DNA from: Polyangiaceae bacterium
GTDB taxonomy: Bacteria; Myxococcota_A; Polyangia; Polyangiales; Polyangiaceae
Length of the DNA: 64,000 bases
Direction: 5' to 3'
Assembly: GCA_965222375.1 (NCBI GenBank)
Contig: CBDCTZ010000016.1
Location: 288,001-352,000 of the forward strand
In this document: positions 1-10,440 of the stretch, one piece after another
Position numbering within the stretch: position 1 is the first letter of the stretch
How the letters are laid out: each line of letters starts with the position of its first letter
Made by a program: the position numbers and the translations under genes
The notes under the pieces: generated by a model
What the model saw: the letters and a program-made list of their open reading frames with translations, nothing else
Told to the model about the DNA's origin: nothing
Databases searched by the model: none

Positions 1-2
1 TG

Positions 3-1493
3 CCCGTGGAGCGTCGCCTGGAGGCCGCCTTTGACGAAACCCTGTCAGCGGACATGGGGGGCCCCCAAGATCCTGAAAGCGTGACCCGCCACCCAGAGCG
101 GGAAATCAATGTGGACCGCCTGACGGCTTGCTTCGCCAACTGGTACGAGTTCTTTCCCCGTTCCGACAGCTCGGTGCACGGCCAACACGGTACGTTTCGA
201 GACGCGACCAAACGCTTGCCACGTCTGCAAGAGCTTGGCTTCTCCGTCCTGTACCTGCCTCCGATCCATCCAATTGGCGTGACCAAGCGCAAGGGTCGCA
301 ACAACAACTCCATGTGCGAGCCCGGGGATGTGGGAAGCCCCTGGGCCATCGGCGGCAAGGAGGGCGGCCACACCGCCGTCCACCCCGAGCTCGGCAGCAT
401 GAAAGACTTCGAAGACTACGTGGCTGCAGCCAAGAGCCACGGACTTGAGATCGCCTTGGACTATGCGCTGCAGTGCTCACCGGACCATCCCTGGATCACC
501 GAACACCCCGAGTGGTTCTTCGTGCGACCCGATGGCACGCTTCGCTACGCCGAGAACCCGCCCAAGAAGTACGAGGACATTTATCCCCTCAACTTCTGGT
601 GTGACGACCGCGTGGGGCTATGGACGGCGTGTCGCGACGTGCTGCTGTTCTGGGTCGAGCGCGGCGTGAAGATCTTCCGCGTGGACAACCCCCACACCAA
701 ACCCTCGGCATTCTGGCAATGGTGCCTGCGCGAGGTGCGCAGCAAGCACCCGGACGTGATCTTCCTGGCCGAAGCATTCACGCGCCCAAAGCGGATGCGC
801 AGCTTGGCAAAGATCGGCTTTTCGCAGAGCTACACCTATTTCACCTGGAAGAACACTGCCGCTGAGTTGACAGAGTACGTTGGCGAACTCGCGCATTCGG
901 AGATGGCCGAGTACTACCGCCCGAACTTCTTCGCGAACACGCCAGATATCTTGCACGAGTACTTGCAACATGGGGGTCGCGCGGCGTTCCGAATTCGACT
1001 GCTCTTGGCGGCCACGCTCTCGCCGACCTACGGCATCTACAGCGGCTACGAGCTATGTGAAAACGTGCCTCTGCGCCCCGGCAGCGAGGAGTACTTGAAT
1101 AGCGAGAAGTACGAGCTGCGATCCCGCGATTGGGACGCGCCCGGGAACCTCAACGACGAGATCCAGCTTATCAATCGGCTTCGCCGGGAGAACCCAGCGC
1201 TGCAGGAGCTGTCGAACATCCAGTTCTTGGCCAGCGATTCGGATCAGGTTCTTGCCTTTCTCAAACGTGCACTCCAAGGCGATCTGATCGTGGTGGCGAA
1301 CCTCGATCCCCACGCAACCCAGGAGACCATGATCGACGTACCCCTTGGCGCACTAGGCTTGGGCGACCAGCGGCCCTTTGCGGTTACCGATCTGTTGACG
1401 GGGGAGCGCTACGATTGGCAGGGCCCGCGAGCGTACATTCGCCTCGACCCGACCGAGAAGGTCGGTCACCTGCTACGCGTCGAGCGCGGTTGA
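3..1493 (+). CDS. glgE: alpha-1,4-glucan:maltose-1-phosphate maltosyltransferase (GH13), 5'-truncated by window edge
   Basis: WYEFFPRS, YLPPIHPIG, AENPPKKYEDIYP, FRVDNPHTKP and NTPDILHEYL motifs typical of GlgE. Confidence 0.95.
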   Translation, partial: PVERRLEAAFDETLSADMGGPQDPESVTRHPEREINVDRLTACFANWYEFFPRSDSSVHGQHGTFRDATKRLPRLQELGFSVLYLPPIHPIGVTKRKGRNNNSMCEPGDVGSPWAIGGKEGGHTAVHPELGSMKDFEDYVAAAKSHGLEIALDYALQCSPDHPWITEHPEWFFVRPDGTLRYAENPPKKYEDIYPLNFWCDDRVGLWTACRDVLLFWVERGVKIFRVDNPHTKPSAFWQWCLREVRSKHPDVIFLAEAFTRPKRMRSLAKIGFSQSYTYFTWKNTAAELTEYVGELAHSEMAEYYRPNFFANTPDILHEYLQHGGRAAFRIRLLLAATLSPTYGIYSGYELCENVPLRPGSEEYLNSEKYELRSRDWDAPGNLNDEIQLINRLRRENPALQELSNIQFLASDSDQVLAFLKRALQGDLIVVANLDPHATQETMIDVPLGALGLGDQRPFAVTDLLTGERYDWQGPRAYIRLDPTEKVGHLLRVERG

Positions 1494-1521
1494 TCTCGTG
1501 GTGAATCCCCGGCTGCAGCAG

Positions 1522-2093
1522 CTAGGGGTAGCAATTCGGATCAACGCCGATTTCGCACTTCTGGCCGATGTTGTTGATGATGGTCTGAGAGGTTTGCGCT
1601 GCGCCGTCGGCGATTTGCCCTTTGATCTGGTTGTACAGATTGCAGCTGCCGGGATCGATCTCGCCGCTCTTGCACTTGTAGTAGATGATGATGTCGCCGC
1701 GCCCGAGTTCGGCGTTCTCGTTGACGTCGGCGCCCGGACCGTAGGTGGACTGGTGCCACTGCACGTAGTCTTGCCACTGCTGAGCGGCCTGCGCGCAGTT
1801 CGACGTGGTTTGGTCTGAGAAGTAGGACCAACCGATGTTCGGATCCACCTCACAGGCCTTGCGGAATACGGCGGGTTTGAACTCCTTGCCCACCAGGTCG
1901 AGCACGAAGTGCTCTTCTACCGTCAAGCTGTCTAGCCGTGCTTTGACATCTGCGCCGAAAGCGTCGGGTACTGCTCGGCCAGCTGTCGCAGGGCCCCCTG
2001 ACTCGTGCTGGGGCCGCCCCCTCCGCCCCCAGAAGAGCCGCAAGCGGTAGTCGCGAGAATCAACCCGAGAAGTGACGAGAAGTACTTTGGCAT
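1522..2093 (-). pseudogene. Cys-containing lipoprotein split by a frameshift in a G-run near 1993-2030
   Basis: ATG at 2093 gives lipoprotein signal MPKYFSSLLGLILATTAC-GSSGGG but stops early; the body (…DAFGADVKARLDSL…DPNCYP) is in another frame; one extra G restores a single ORF. Confidence 0.6.
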
Positions 2094-2275
2094 CTAAGGG
2101 CTTCCTTTCAGATATCCCACCATTTTACCGCGAAATGAACGTGCTTGGCGAGTGTGCCCCGTGTCGGTGGTTGGGCCCGAGAACGAGAGACCCCGAGCGC
2201 GCTTGCGCCCGGGGTCCAGCTTGTTGCGTGACATCGCGGACGCAAGCCACGCCTGCGGTTTCCGCTAGATGGGCC

Positions 2276-2926
2276 TCAAGGGTTGCACTGCAACTTGCCG
2301 ACGAATCCTCCCGAGCCGCCCTGGACGCTGCACTTGCCAGACGCGATCAGCGGGCACTTGGGGCATATCAAGCTGCCCTTGCATCCCGCCGCCTTCCACT
2401 TACTTTCTGCTAGGACTCGCTCGGCTTCGGCAACCGTGTTGTCGAGGTTGATGTACGTGGTGCAGCCGCAGTTGAGCTTGTCTTTGACCTTGGTGACGCA
2501 CTTGTTGAGGCCCGTGAGCTTGCACGCCTTCGCGCTTTGCACCGCCGTTTGGTAGTCCTTGTCGAACTGGGCGCATTTGCTCAAGCCGCCGCCGGTACCG
2601 CCGCTCCCTGACGCGCCACCTGATCCCGCTGAGCCGGCCGAGCCGCCGCTGCCCGCCGAACCTGCGGACCCGGCTGAACCTGCGGACCCGGCTGAACCAG
2701 CCGAGCCCGCTGAGCCAGCGCTACCGGCTGAGCCTGCTGCGCCACCCGTTGCTCCCGCGGTGCCACCCGTGTTGGTGCCACCCGTGTTGGCGCCACCGGT
2801 GCTAGAGCCAGCGCTGCCACCGCTGGAAGTGCCTCCGGTCCCGCTGCTTGAGTCATCATCACTGCCGCAGGCGGCTGCCAACAGGGCAATCGCGAAGAAG
2901 GGCAGAAAAGGTGCAAGGTTTTTCAT
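2276..2926 (-). CDS. lipoprotein with Gly/Ser/Ala linker and C-terminal Cys-rich domain
   Basis: MKNLAPFLPFFAIALLAAAC lipobox, (GSA)n linker, Cys-rich C-terminus. Confidence 0.85.
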   Translation of the reverse strand: MKNLAPFLPFFAIALLAAACGSDDDSSSGTGGTSSGGSAGSSTGGANTGGTNTGGTAGATGGAAGSAGSAGSAGSAGSAGSAGSAGSAGSAGSGGSAGSAGSGGASGSGGTGGGLSKCAQFDKDYQTAVQSAKACKLTGLNKCVTKVKDKLNCGCTTYINLDNTVAEAERVLAESKWKAAGCKGSLICPKCPLIASGKCSVQGGSGGFVGKLQCNP

Positions 2927-3402
2927 GGTTTTCCTCCAAGTTGTGGGGCGCTCTCGGCGCAACCCGGCGCAGTTCATAGCCTATCTCCGCCCTGAGGCAA
3001 CTGCTTGAGCGCTCTCTGAATCCCGTCTGAGCATTGTCGAACCGAAGGCTCACGTGCCGTAGCGTGAACGACTAAGATCCCGGCCCCAAGCGCTCGCGTT
3101 TGGCACGGCGATTCAAGGCGTTTTGAACCCTCTGGCCACACGGAGCGAGCGAGGTCGGGCCCCCACGTTCCGAAATGCGTTCAGTCCCGGATTGCGCAAG
3201 GGGCGTCGGGCAAGCCATCGTCCTCGACGCCTGGTTTCGAGCGGCTGGGGCGGCCCTTTGGTGCTCTGACCCGGGACCTTCCTCTTGTCTCCGCGACTCA
3301 GGTGAGTGGGTCGCGACACATGATGATGCTGGGACCGCCACTAGTGCCCGCGGAGCACTTGCCTGATACTGGGCTTGGGCTCGCGCCACTCGAATCGTCG
3401 CT

Positions 3403-3945
3403 TCAAACCCAGCCGCGCCGTGCTGCCAAGAGGATTGCCCCCACGTGGATTCCATGCACCACCTCGCCTTGGTCAACCCAACGCAGGAGCTCTTCGGCAT
3501 CGGCGAGCCGCACCACGATGTTCTCGTCCTCCATTGGCGTGGGGTCCTGGGTGCGCACGGCTCCAGCCGCGAAAAAGAAGTGTGCGGTGTTGGTGTGGCG
3601 AACCGGTTCGGTGCGCACGACGGAAAGCACGCGCCAATCCTCCGAAGCGTAGCCGGTCTCTTCCAGCAGCTCCCGCTTGGCTGCTTGGAGAGGCGTTTCG
3701 CCGGGATCGATGACCCCCGCGGGCAACTCTCGACTGATGCCCGCCAATGCATGACGGTACTGCTCGACGACAACGACCTGCCGCTGCTCAGTCAGCGCCA
3801 ACACGCTGGTCCAATCTGGCGAGCCAACCAGGTGAAACTCCAGCTCCACGTCTCGCGGCAGTGCCACGCGCTGCTCGGTGATGGTCAGCCACTTGCGCTC
3901 GAGCACTATCCGTTCACTCAGTACCTTCCAGTTCGTCACGGACAC
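3403..3945 (-). CDS. NUDIX hydrolase, ADP-ribose/ADP-sugar pyrophosphatase-like
   Basis: Nudix box PAGVIDPGETPLQAAKRELLEETG; QYRH and EDENI motifs; start uncertain. Confidence 0.9.
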   Translation of the reverse strand: MSVTNWKVLSERIVLERKWLTITEQRVALPRDVELEFHLVGSPDWTSVLALTEQRQVVVVEQYRHALAGISRELPAGVIDPGETPLQAAKRELLEETGYASEDWRVLSVVRTEPVRHTNTAHFFFAAGAVRTQDPTPMEDENIVVRLADAEELLRWVDQGEVVHGIHVGAILLAARRGWV

Positions 3946-4091
3946 ATCATGCCAAAGCGCAGACTTCTGGGTAAGGCGCTCAAAGCCCTGGATTTGCATG
4001 ATCAACCGCCACGCGGAGGGCCCCGAGCTCGGATTCAGGTATTGTAGCGGTACGTACTTGCGGCAGAGCACTGCGGTGAAGGAGTCGAGTC

Positions 4092-5216
4092 ATGAAGCGC
4101 GCATCCATCATTGTTTCACTGTTGAGTCTTGCTGCATGTGGTTCGGACGATTCGTCCGGTTCACCTTCGAGTGGCGGCGCGAGCAGTGGCGGTTCCAGTA
4201 GTGGAGGAAGCAGCAGTGGCGGCTCGGCCGGCACAAGCACCGGCGGGGCGGCTGGTACAGGCAGCGGCGGGACAAGCAGCGGCGGTAGTGCCAGCGGCGG
4301 TGCGCCGCCTGGTGGACTTTCGGCGAAGTACCCGGGGGATGTGGGGATCGACAAAGATCCGGACGTCGTTTGGTACGAAGGGTTTGAGCAGGCAGATGTC
4401 GATGCCGTTCTGGCTCGCTACGACGACGGAAAGAAGACCGGGCTCGCTCTGGATTCAGACGTGCCCCCGAAGAGTAGCGGTAAACAGAGCATGAAGATGA
4501 CCGCTAGCGGCGCTGGGCCGAACGCGGCGGATTTTTTCAAGAAGCTGGAGCCTGGGTATGACGAACTCTTCGTCCGCTACTACGCAAAGTACGAAAGTGG
4601 GGTGCAGTGGCACCACACCGGAGTGTGGATTGGTGGGTACAACCCCGCCAGCAATTGGCCCAACCCTCAGGCGGGCTTGAAGCCCAGCGGCGATGATCGC
4701 TTCAACGTGTCAATCGAACCCGTGGGTGGTGGGGCAAACCCCAGGCTGGACTACTACAACTACTGGATGAAGATGCATTCGTGGATGGACAGTCCATCAG
4801 GCTCCACGGCATACTGGGGAAATACCCTCATTCACGATGCTGGTTTCAAGGTCGATGACGACCAGTGGATGTGCATTGAAGTCCACATCAAGCTGAACCC
4901 GGACCCATCCTCCAGCAAAGGTGCTGAGCTCGGAGTCTGGAAGAACGGCCAGAGCGTGATCCAATACAACGACGCCACGCCCTTGGGCTACTGGTTGAAG
5001 GACAAGTTCTGTCCCGATGGCGCCACAGCCAAGTCTTGCACCGACTACCCACCGTCATCTGGAACTCAGAAAGTCCCGTTGGATCTTCAGTATCGCTCCA
5101 CCGCCGCCCTGAAAATCAACGCGTTCTGGCCTCAGAATTACATTACCAAAGGCGGTGCCGGCAGCGTTTACTATGACCACATGGTGCTTGCGAAAAGCCG
5201 CATCGGCTGTATGTAA
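4092..5216 (+). CDS. lipoprotein with Gly/Ser linker and beta-sandwich (ConA/polysaccharide-lyase-like) domain
   Basis: LSLAAC lipobox; ELFVRYYAKY and WMCIEVHIKLN strands; YYDHMVLAKSRIGC end; RBS AAGGAG upstream. Confidence 0.75.
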   Translation: MKRASIIVSLLSLAACGSDDSSGSPSSGGASSGGSSSGGSSSGGSAGTSTGGAAGTGSGGTSSGGSASGGAPPGGLSAKYPGDVGIDKDPDVVWYEGFEQADVDAVLARYDDGKKTGLALDSDVPPKSSGKQSMKMTASGAGPNAADFFKKLEPGYDELFVRYYAKYESGVQWHHTGVWIGGYNPASNWPNPQAGLKPSGDDRFNVSIEPVGGGANPRLDYYNYWMKMHSWMDSPSGSTAYWGNTLIHDAGFKVDDDQWMCIEVHIKLNPDPSSSKGAELGVWKNGQSVIQYNDATPLGYWLKDKFCPDGATAKSCTDYPPSSGTQKVPLDLQYRSTAALKINAFWPQNYITKGGAGSVYYDHMVLAKSRIGCM

Positions 5217-5419
5217 AGCGCGCCTCAATGCCCGCGCAGAGCTGCGCTGCGGCTGCTCGGCTGGAGACCGTTGCTCAGGGATCTTGTTTTTCTTAGCAAC
5301 AGAGCTGAGCTGCTGCCGATTGGTTCCTGCGGCGTGCCGCTCGCCTGCGGCCCCCGCTTTTCGTCATGCACCCATTTAGTGAAAGTCTACGGCGCGTACG
5401 CCCGAGGGGCGCGGGTCAC

Positions 5420-7123
5420 ATGGTACAAGACGCCATGGTCCAGGCCGGCGCCATTGACGAGCGGATTTCCGCGCTCGAAGCCATGTGCCGCGACGCCGCT
5501 CGTTCCAAAGAGGCGCAGCGCGAGCTACTCGAGCTCCGGCGCGCGTTTCGCCGCAACGCGCAGGCCTTCAACGATGGGCATATCGGCGTGCTCCGGGATG
5601 TGGCGACCCAGGTTGGGGAGCATCACCAGGTCGAGGCGGCTCGAGTGCTCCGGGAGGTCTTTGGCTACCCAGATTTTCGGCGCGGGCAGCGGGAGATCAT
5701 CAAAGCAGTGCTTTCCGGCCGGGATTGCCTGGGCATCATGCCTACGGGAGCGGGCAAGTCGATCACGTTTCAGATCCCTGCGCGGGTGCTCGGCGGGGTG
5801 ACGCTGGTGGTGTCCCCGCTGATCGCTCTGATGAAGGACCAAGTGGATGCGCTCAACGAGGTGGGGCTCTCTGCCACCTATTTGAACTCCTCCGTGCCCC
5901 TGGAGGAGCGAGAAGAACGCGCCGCGCGCATCCGCGCTGGCGAGTTCGAGCTCGTCTACGTTGCACCGGAAGGCTTGCTCGCCTCCGCCGGGCGCACCTT
6001 GGAGGGCATGCACATTTCGCTCATCGCCGTGGACGAGGCGCACTGCATTAGCCAGTGGGGTCATGATTTCCGTCCCGCCTACCGCGCCCTTGCAGGGCTC
6101 AAGCGGCGCCACGCTGACGTTCCCATCTTGGCGCTCACCGCGACGGCCACGGAAGAGGTCACCGAGGACATCGTGGCGCAGCTGGCCATGAAGAACCCCA
6201 CTTTGTTCCGGGGCAGTTTCTTCCGCGAGAACCTCAAGCTGTTTGCGATTCGCAAGGGCAGTAAGGACTCCGGGCGGCGCATCCCGGGGGTCGGTAAGGC
6301 GATCACGAGTTTCGTTCAATCCCGTCCCGGGCAAAGCGGCATCGTGTACTGCCTATCCCGCAAGTCCACCGAGAAGACGGCGGAGCTTCTGTGCGGGGCG
6401 GGGGTGCGCGCGGCGGCCTATCACGCGGGCCTCGAGCCCGAAGAACGCACCCGGGTGCAGGACGCTTTCCGCGCTGACGACGTCGACGTCGTGGTCGCTA
6501 CGATTGCCTTCGGCATGGGGATCGACAAGCCGGACGTACGTTTCATCGTGCATCGAGACCTGCCGCGCTCCATCGAGGGCTACTACCAAGAGATCGGTCG
6601 AGCGGGCCGTGATGGCCTCGAGAGCGAGTGCGTGCTGTTCTACTCGTTCTCCGAGGTCATGACCTACGACCGCTTTGCGGACGAGGCTTCGGAAGAGCAG
6701 GCGCTGCGCACGAGCCGAATGGTTCGGGAGATGTTCGAATTCGCCGAATCTCGCAGCTGCCGGCACCGTGCGCTGGCCGCTTGGTTTGGCGAAGACATCG
6801 ACCCCTGCGACCGCTCCTGTGACGCGTGCTCGCCGGCAAACGTGCTTGGAACCCTGATCTCGCGACCCGTACCCCGGCGCGCCGTGGCGGAGCTCGTGGA
6901 CGGCGCGGACGAGGAGCTTTTTTCCGCGCTCAAGGCTCTTCGCCGGGATTTGGCGAAGGCCAAACGAGTCCCGGCGTACGTGGTCTTCAACGATCGCACC
7001 CTACTCGAGATGGCAACGCGTCGCCCACGAAGCCTGGAAGAAATGGCGGGGGTGCCCGGGGTGGGGCCGAAGAAGTTGTCGGCCTACGGCGAAGCCTTCC
7101 TCGAAGTGTTGAAGGACGTTTGA
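5420..7123 (+). CDS. recQ: RecQ-family ATP-dependent DNA helicase with HRDC domain
   Basis: [45 protein letters not shown], Zn cysteines, C-terminal PAYVVFND…GVGPKK. Confidence 0.93.
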   Translation: MVQDAMVQAGAIDERISALEAMCRDAARSKEAQRELLELRRAFRRNAQAFNDGHIGVLRDVATQVGEHHQVEAARVLREVFGYPDFRRGQREIIKAVLSGRDCLGIMPTGAGKSITFQIPARVLGGVTLVVSPLIALMKDQVDALNEVGLSATYLNSSVPLEEREERAARIRAGEFELVYVAPEGLLASAGRTLEGMHISLIAVDEAHCISQWGHDFRPAYRALAGLKRRHADVPILALTATATEEVTEDIVAQLAMKNPTLFRGSFFRENLKLFAIRKGSKDSGRRIPGVGKAITSFVQSRPGQSGIVYCLSRKSTEKTAELLCGAGVRAAAYHAGLEPEERTRVQDAFRADDVDVVVATIAFGMGIDKPDVRFIVHRDLPRSIEGYYQEIGRAGRDGLESECVLFYSFSEVMTYDRFADEASEEQALRTSRMVREMFEFAESRSCRHRALAAWFGEDIDPCDRSCDACSPANVLGTLISRPVPRRAVAELVDGADEELFSALKALRRDLAKAKRVPAYVVFNDRTLLEMATRRPRSLEEMAGVPGVGPKKLSAYGEAFLEVLKDV

Positions 7124-7280
7124 GCTCATCGCGGCTGAAGAACGCCTGAGCGCGCGGTGAGCGAGGGGTCGGGCACCCTGCCTGTGCTTGGGCAAACATT
7201 CCAATGCGCGGGCTTTTGGCCGTGCATCGACGGCCCTTTTGCGAGCAAGCGTCCTCGGGGTAGTTTCTGCGTCACTGCAA

Positions 7281-9386
7281 ATGCGGATCTGGCCGGGACA
7301 TCCCAATCCCCTCGGTGCGACCTGGGACGGAGAGGGCGTCAATTTCGCCGTGTTCTCCCATGGTGCTGACGCCGTGCAACTGTGCTTGTTCGACGCCAAT
7401 GGAGGCGAGCGGCGCATCGATATGCACGAGCGGGATGCGCGGATCTTTCACTGCTACCTACCCGACGTTCGTCCCGGCCAGCAGTACGGTTACCGCGCCC
7501 ATGGCCCCTGGGACCCCGAGCGCGGCAAGCGATTCAATCCGAACAAGCTTCTGATCGATCCCTACGCCAAAGCCATCAGCGGGGGCGTCGAGTGGAGCGA
7601 CGCGCTCTTCGGCTACCTGGTGGGGCACGACGCCACGGACTTGGTAATGTCCGAAACCGATAGCGCTGCCTTCCTGCCAAAGAGCGTGGTCGTCGATGCT
7701 GCATTCACTTGGGGGGACGACCGAGCGCCGCATACGCCCTGGACACGCACGTTGATCTACGAGTGCCACGTGAAAGGGATGACCGCGCGCCACCCCGATG
7801 TGCCCCAAGCGCAACGCGGCACCTATCTGGGGCTCGCATCGGATCCCATCCTGGATCACCTGTTGGCCCTCGGTGTCACTGCAGTTCAGCTATTGCCTGT
7901 GCACCACTTCGTTTCCGAGCATCGCCTCAGCCAACTCGGGCTTTCGAACTACTGGGGCTACAACAGCATTGGCTTCTTTGCCCCAGATCCCAGGTACGCC
8001 AGCAACAGCCTCGGTGGGCAGGTGGACGAATTCAAGACCATGGTGAAGGCGTTTCACCGGGTAGGGATCGAGGTCTTGCTCGACGTGGTTTACAACCACA
8101 CAGCCGAGGGAAACCACTTGGGGCCGACCCTGTGTTTCCGCGGCATCGACAATCGGGCCTACTACCGCCTAAGCGCTGGCGAAGAGCGCTACTGCCAGGA
8201 CTTCACGGGCTGTGGCAACACCTTGAACGTGCCGCACCCGCGAGTGCTTCAGCTTGTGTTGGATAGCCTCAGGTACTGGGTCAGCGAGATGCACGTGGAT
8301 GGCTTCCGCTTCGACTTGGCGCCGGCGCTGGCACGAGATCCCGAGGAGTTTTCCAGTTTTTCGCGCTTCTTCGCCACGATCCAACAAGACCCCATCCTGG
8401 GACGCTCGAAACTCATTGCGGAGCCCTGGGACGTGGGGTCCGGCGGTTACCAGTTGGGAGCGTTTCCTCCGGGCTGGGCGGAGTGGAACGGACGCTACCG
8501 GGATGCGATTCGCAGATTCTGGAGAGGCGACGAAGCTCAAGTTCCGGTGCTGGCCTCTCGCTTGAGCGGGTCCAGCGATATCTTTCAGGGCAGCGACCGA
8601 GGCCCCTACGCCAGCGTGAACTTCATTACCTGCCATGATGGCTTCAGCTTGCGCGATCTGGTCACCTATGAAGAGAAGCACAACGAGGCCAACGGTGAAG
8701 AAAACCGCGACGGCCACGACGACAACGCGAGTCGGAACTGGGGAGTCGAAGGGCCAAGTGATGCGCCTCAGGTGCTGCGGCATCGCGAACGGCTGCTGAA
8801 GAACTTCTTCGCAACCCTGGCGTTCTCCCAGGGTGTACCGATGATTTCTCACGGCGACGAGATCGGCAGAACTCAACACGGCAACAACAACGCCTATTGC
8901 CAGGACAACGAGACGACCTGGCTCGACTGGGATCTCGACGCGAAGGCGCAGGAGCTGCTGTCCTTCGCACGCAGAGTGTTCCAGCTCCGGTCGAACAACC
9001 CAGTGTTTCGTCGCCGCAAGTTCTTCGCCGGGGATCCTGCCGCAGACACCGGTGTCAAAGACGTGCAATGGCTGCGGCCCGATGGTCGTGAGCTGGGCGA
9101 TGACGACTGGCAGAACCCTCAGCTTCGGGTGCTCGGCATGTTGATCCACGGCCAGTCTTCGGACGAGTTGGACGAGCGGGGTCGTCCCAACCGCGGCAAT
9201 ACGTTGTTGCTTTGGTTCAATGCCGGCGCCCGGGCTCGCCAAGCCAAGCTACCCGCCATGCCCAGCAGCGGCACTTGGCACGAGATCGTCAATACCGCGC
9301 AACAGTCCCACGACGTCCCCCGTGGGCGGGAGATCTCCGTGGCGCCGCATTCGCTCGTGCTGCTTTCCTACGATCCACAGGGCTAG
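7281..9386 (+). CDS. glgX: glycogen debranching enzyme (isoamylase)
   Basis: PLGATWDGEGVNF, NYWGYNSIGFFAP, DVVYNHTAEG, DGFRFDLA, NFITCHDGF, GNNNAYCQD. Confidence 0.97.
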   Translation: MRIWPGHPNPLGATWDGEGVNFAVFSHGADAVQLCLFDANGGERRIDMHERDARIFHCYLPDVRPGQQYGYRAHGPWDPERGKRFNPNKLLIDPYAKAISGGVEWSDALFGYLVGHDATDLVMSETDSAAFLPKSVVVDAAFTWGDDRAPHTPWTRTLIYECHVKGMTARHPDVPQAQRGTYLGLASDPILDHLLALGVTAVQLLPVHHFVSEHRLSQLGLSNYWGYNSIGFFAPDPRYASNSLGGQVDEFKTMVKAFHRVGIEVLLDVVYNHTAEGNHLGPTLCFRGIDNRAYYRLSAGEERYCQDFTGCGNTLNVPHPRVLQLVLDSLRYWVSEMHVDGFRFDLAPALARDPEEFSSFSRFFATIQQDPILGRSKLIAEPWDVGSGGYQLGAFPPGWAEWNGRYRDAIRRFWRGDEAQVPVLASRLSGSSDIFQGSDRGPYASVNFITCHDGFSLRDLVTYEEKHNEANGEENRDGHDDNASRNWGVEGPSDAPQVLRHRERLLKNFFATLAFSQGVPMISHGDEIGRTQHGNNNAYCQDNETTWLDWDLDAKAQELLSFARRVFQLRSNNPVFRRRKFFAGDPAADTGVKDVQWLRPDGRELGDDDWQNPQLRVLGMLIHGQSSDELDERGRPNRGNTLLLWFNAGARARQAKLPAMPSSGTWHEIVNTAQQSHDVPRGREISVAPHSLVLLSYDPQG

Positions 9387-9387
9387 G

Positions 9388-10368
9388 CTAGAATCGGTGC
9401 AAGTAGCTCGCGCCCGTGGGTGACAGGTAGAGCCCTTGGGCGGGTTTGCCGCCCCTGCCCGACCAATCGACGAAAAAGACTCCTATCGCGGCCGTGGCCA
9501 CGCCCGCCACGGCCGTGGCGCCTAGCAGGATGTTGGTACGGGTTTCCTTCGCGTGGCCGTCCTCAACTCGGCTGTCGGCTTGCGCTTGGGTCAACATCGG
9601 TAAGTCGCTTTCGTACTCGTCGAAGGCGCTCTGGGTGTCCAGGGCGCTCCAGACTGTAACGCCGCCCAAAACGACCGTTGCACCTGCGCTCACGTAGAAC
9701 CACAAGGGGTTTAGGGGCTTGTCACTCCCGCTGCTGGCGCCGCCATCACCCTCGGCGCCGCCGGTAGCAAGGGATCCGGCGCTCCCGCCCGTTCCGCCTC
9801 CGCCCACGAGAATCTCACGAGATTGTTGAACGTTGAGGCGCAGGGTCTCTCCGGGTCGCACATCGATCCCTCTTGCGAGAGCCTGCTTACCGTCGATCAG
9901 GACGCGCACTTGATGGCGACCTGGGTTGACGGCGGCGGCCGGGGGGTCGCCCTGATGGGCCACGTCGTCGACGAACAGTTGGATGTTCTCACCCGCCGCG
10001 TCCACAACCACGCGAGCCACGTTGCGATTCGCTTGCTCGCGCTCCGCCTGGACTTTGGGCTTCAGTTTTTCCGGGGTTTGCGGGTCGGCAAGGACTTGGT
10101 CCAAATGCACGAGCGCTTCCGCTGGTTTGCCTTGGCGCGCTTCTGCCAAGGCCCAATTGAACAACACGACCGGGTGGGCGCGATGCCCGTGTGCGCGCTC
10201 GAAGTGGGTGGCTGCCAGATCAAAGTTACCCGCCTGGTACGCTCTGATACCCGCTTCGAATTCCTGTTTGCCACACTCGGCCGGTGTGCCTTCACACGGC
10301 GGTGCTTGCGCGTGCGCCACATCCGCCATTGCGACGAGAGCGGCTAGAGCAAACCCGACACGGCGCAT
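9388..10368 (-). CDS. TPR/PEGA-domain secreted or membrane protein
   Basis: signal peptide, TPR-like helices, PEGA-like VNPGRHQVRV, C-terminal TM hairpin typical of myxobacterial PEGA proteins. Confidence 0.8.
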   Translation of the reverse strand: MRRVGFALAALVAMADVAHAQAPPCEGTPAECGKQEFEAGIRAYQAGNFDLAATHFERAHGHRAHPVVLFNWALAEARQGKPAEALVHLDQVLADPQTPEKLKPKVQAEREQANRNVARVVVDAAGENIQLFVDDVAHQGDPPAAAVNPGRHQVRVLIDGKQALARGIDVRPGETLRLNVQQSREILVGGGGTGGSAGSLATGGAEGDGGASSGSDKPLNPLWFYVSAGATVVLGGVTVWSALDTQSAFDEYESDLPMLTQAQADSRVEDGHAKETRTNILLGATAVAGVATAAIGVFFVDWSGRGGKPAQGLYLSPTGASYLHRF

Positions 10369-10440
10369 GGCCGCGGAGGATAGCGCAGCTTTTCGATCCA
10401 CGCCCAGCATCACGCCAAATCGCGCGGTTCAGCGGCGACT

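Noticed and set aside
2600..2850. 9-bp tandem repeats as a non-coding repeat element
   Set aside because: They encode the ordinary (GSA)n lipoprotein linker; similar linkers recur in several lipoproteins here.
3000..3400. ncRNA or sigma54 promoter in this intergenic gap
   Set aside because: TGGCAC at 3101 lacks the -12 GC, and no recognisable RNA family motif was seen.
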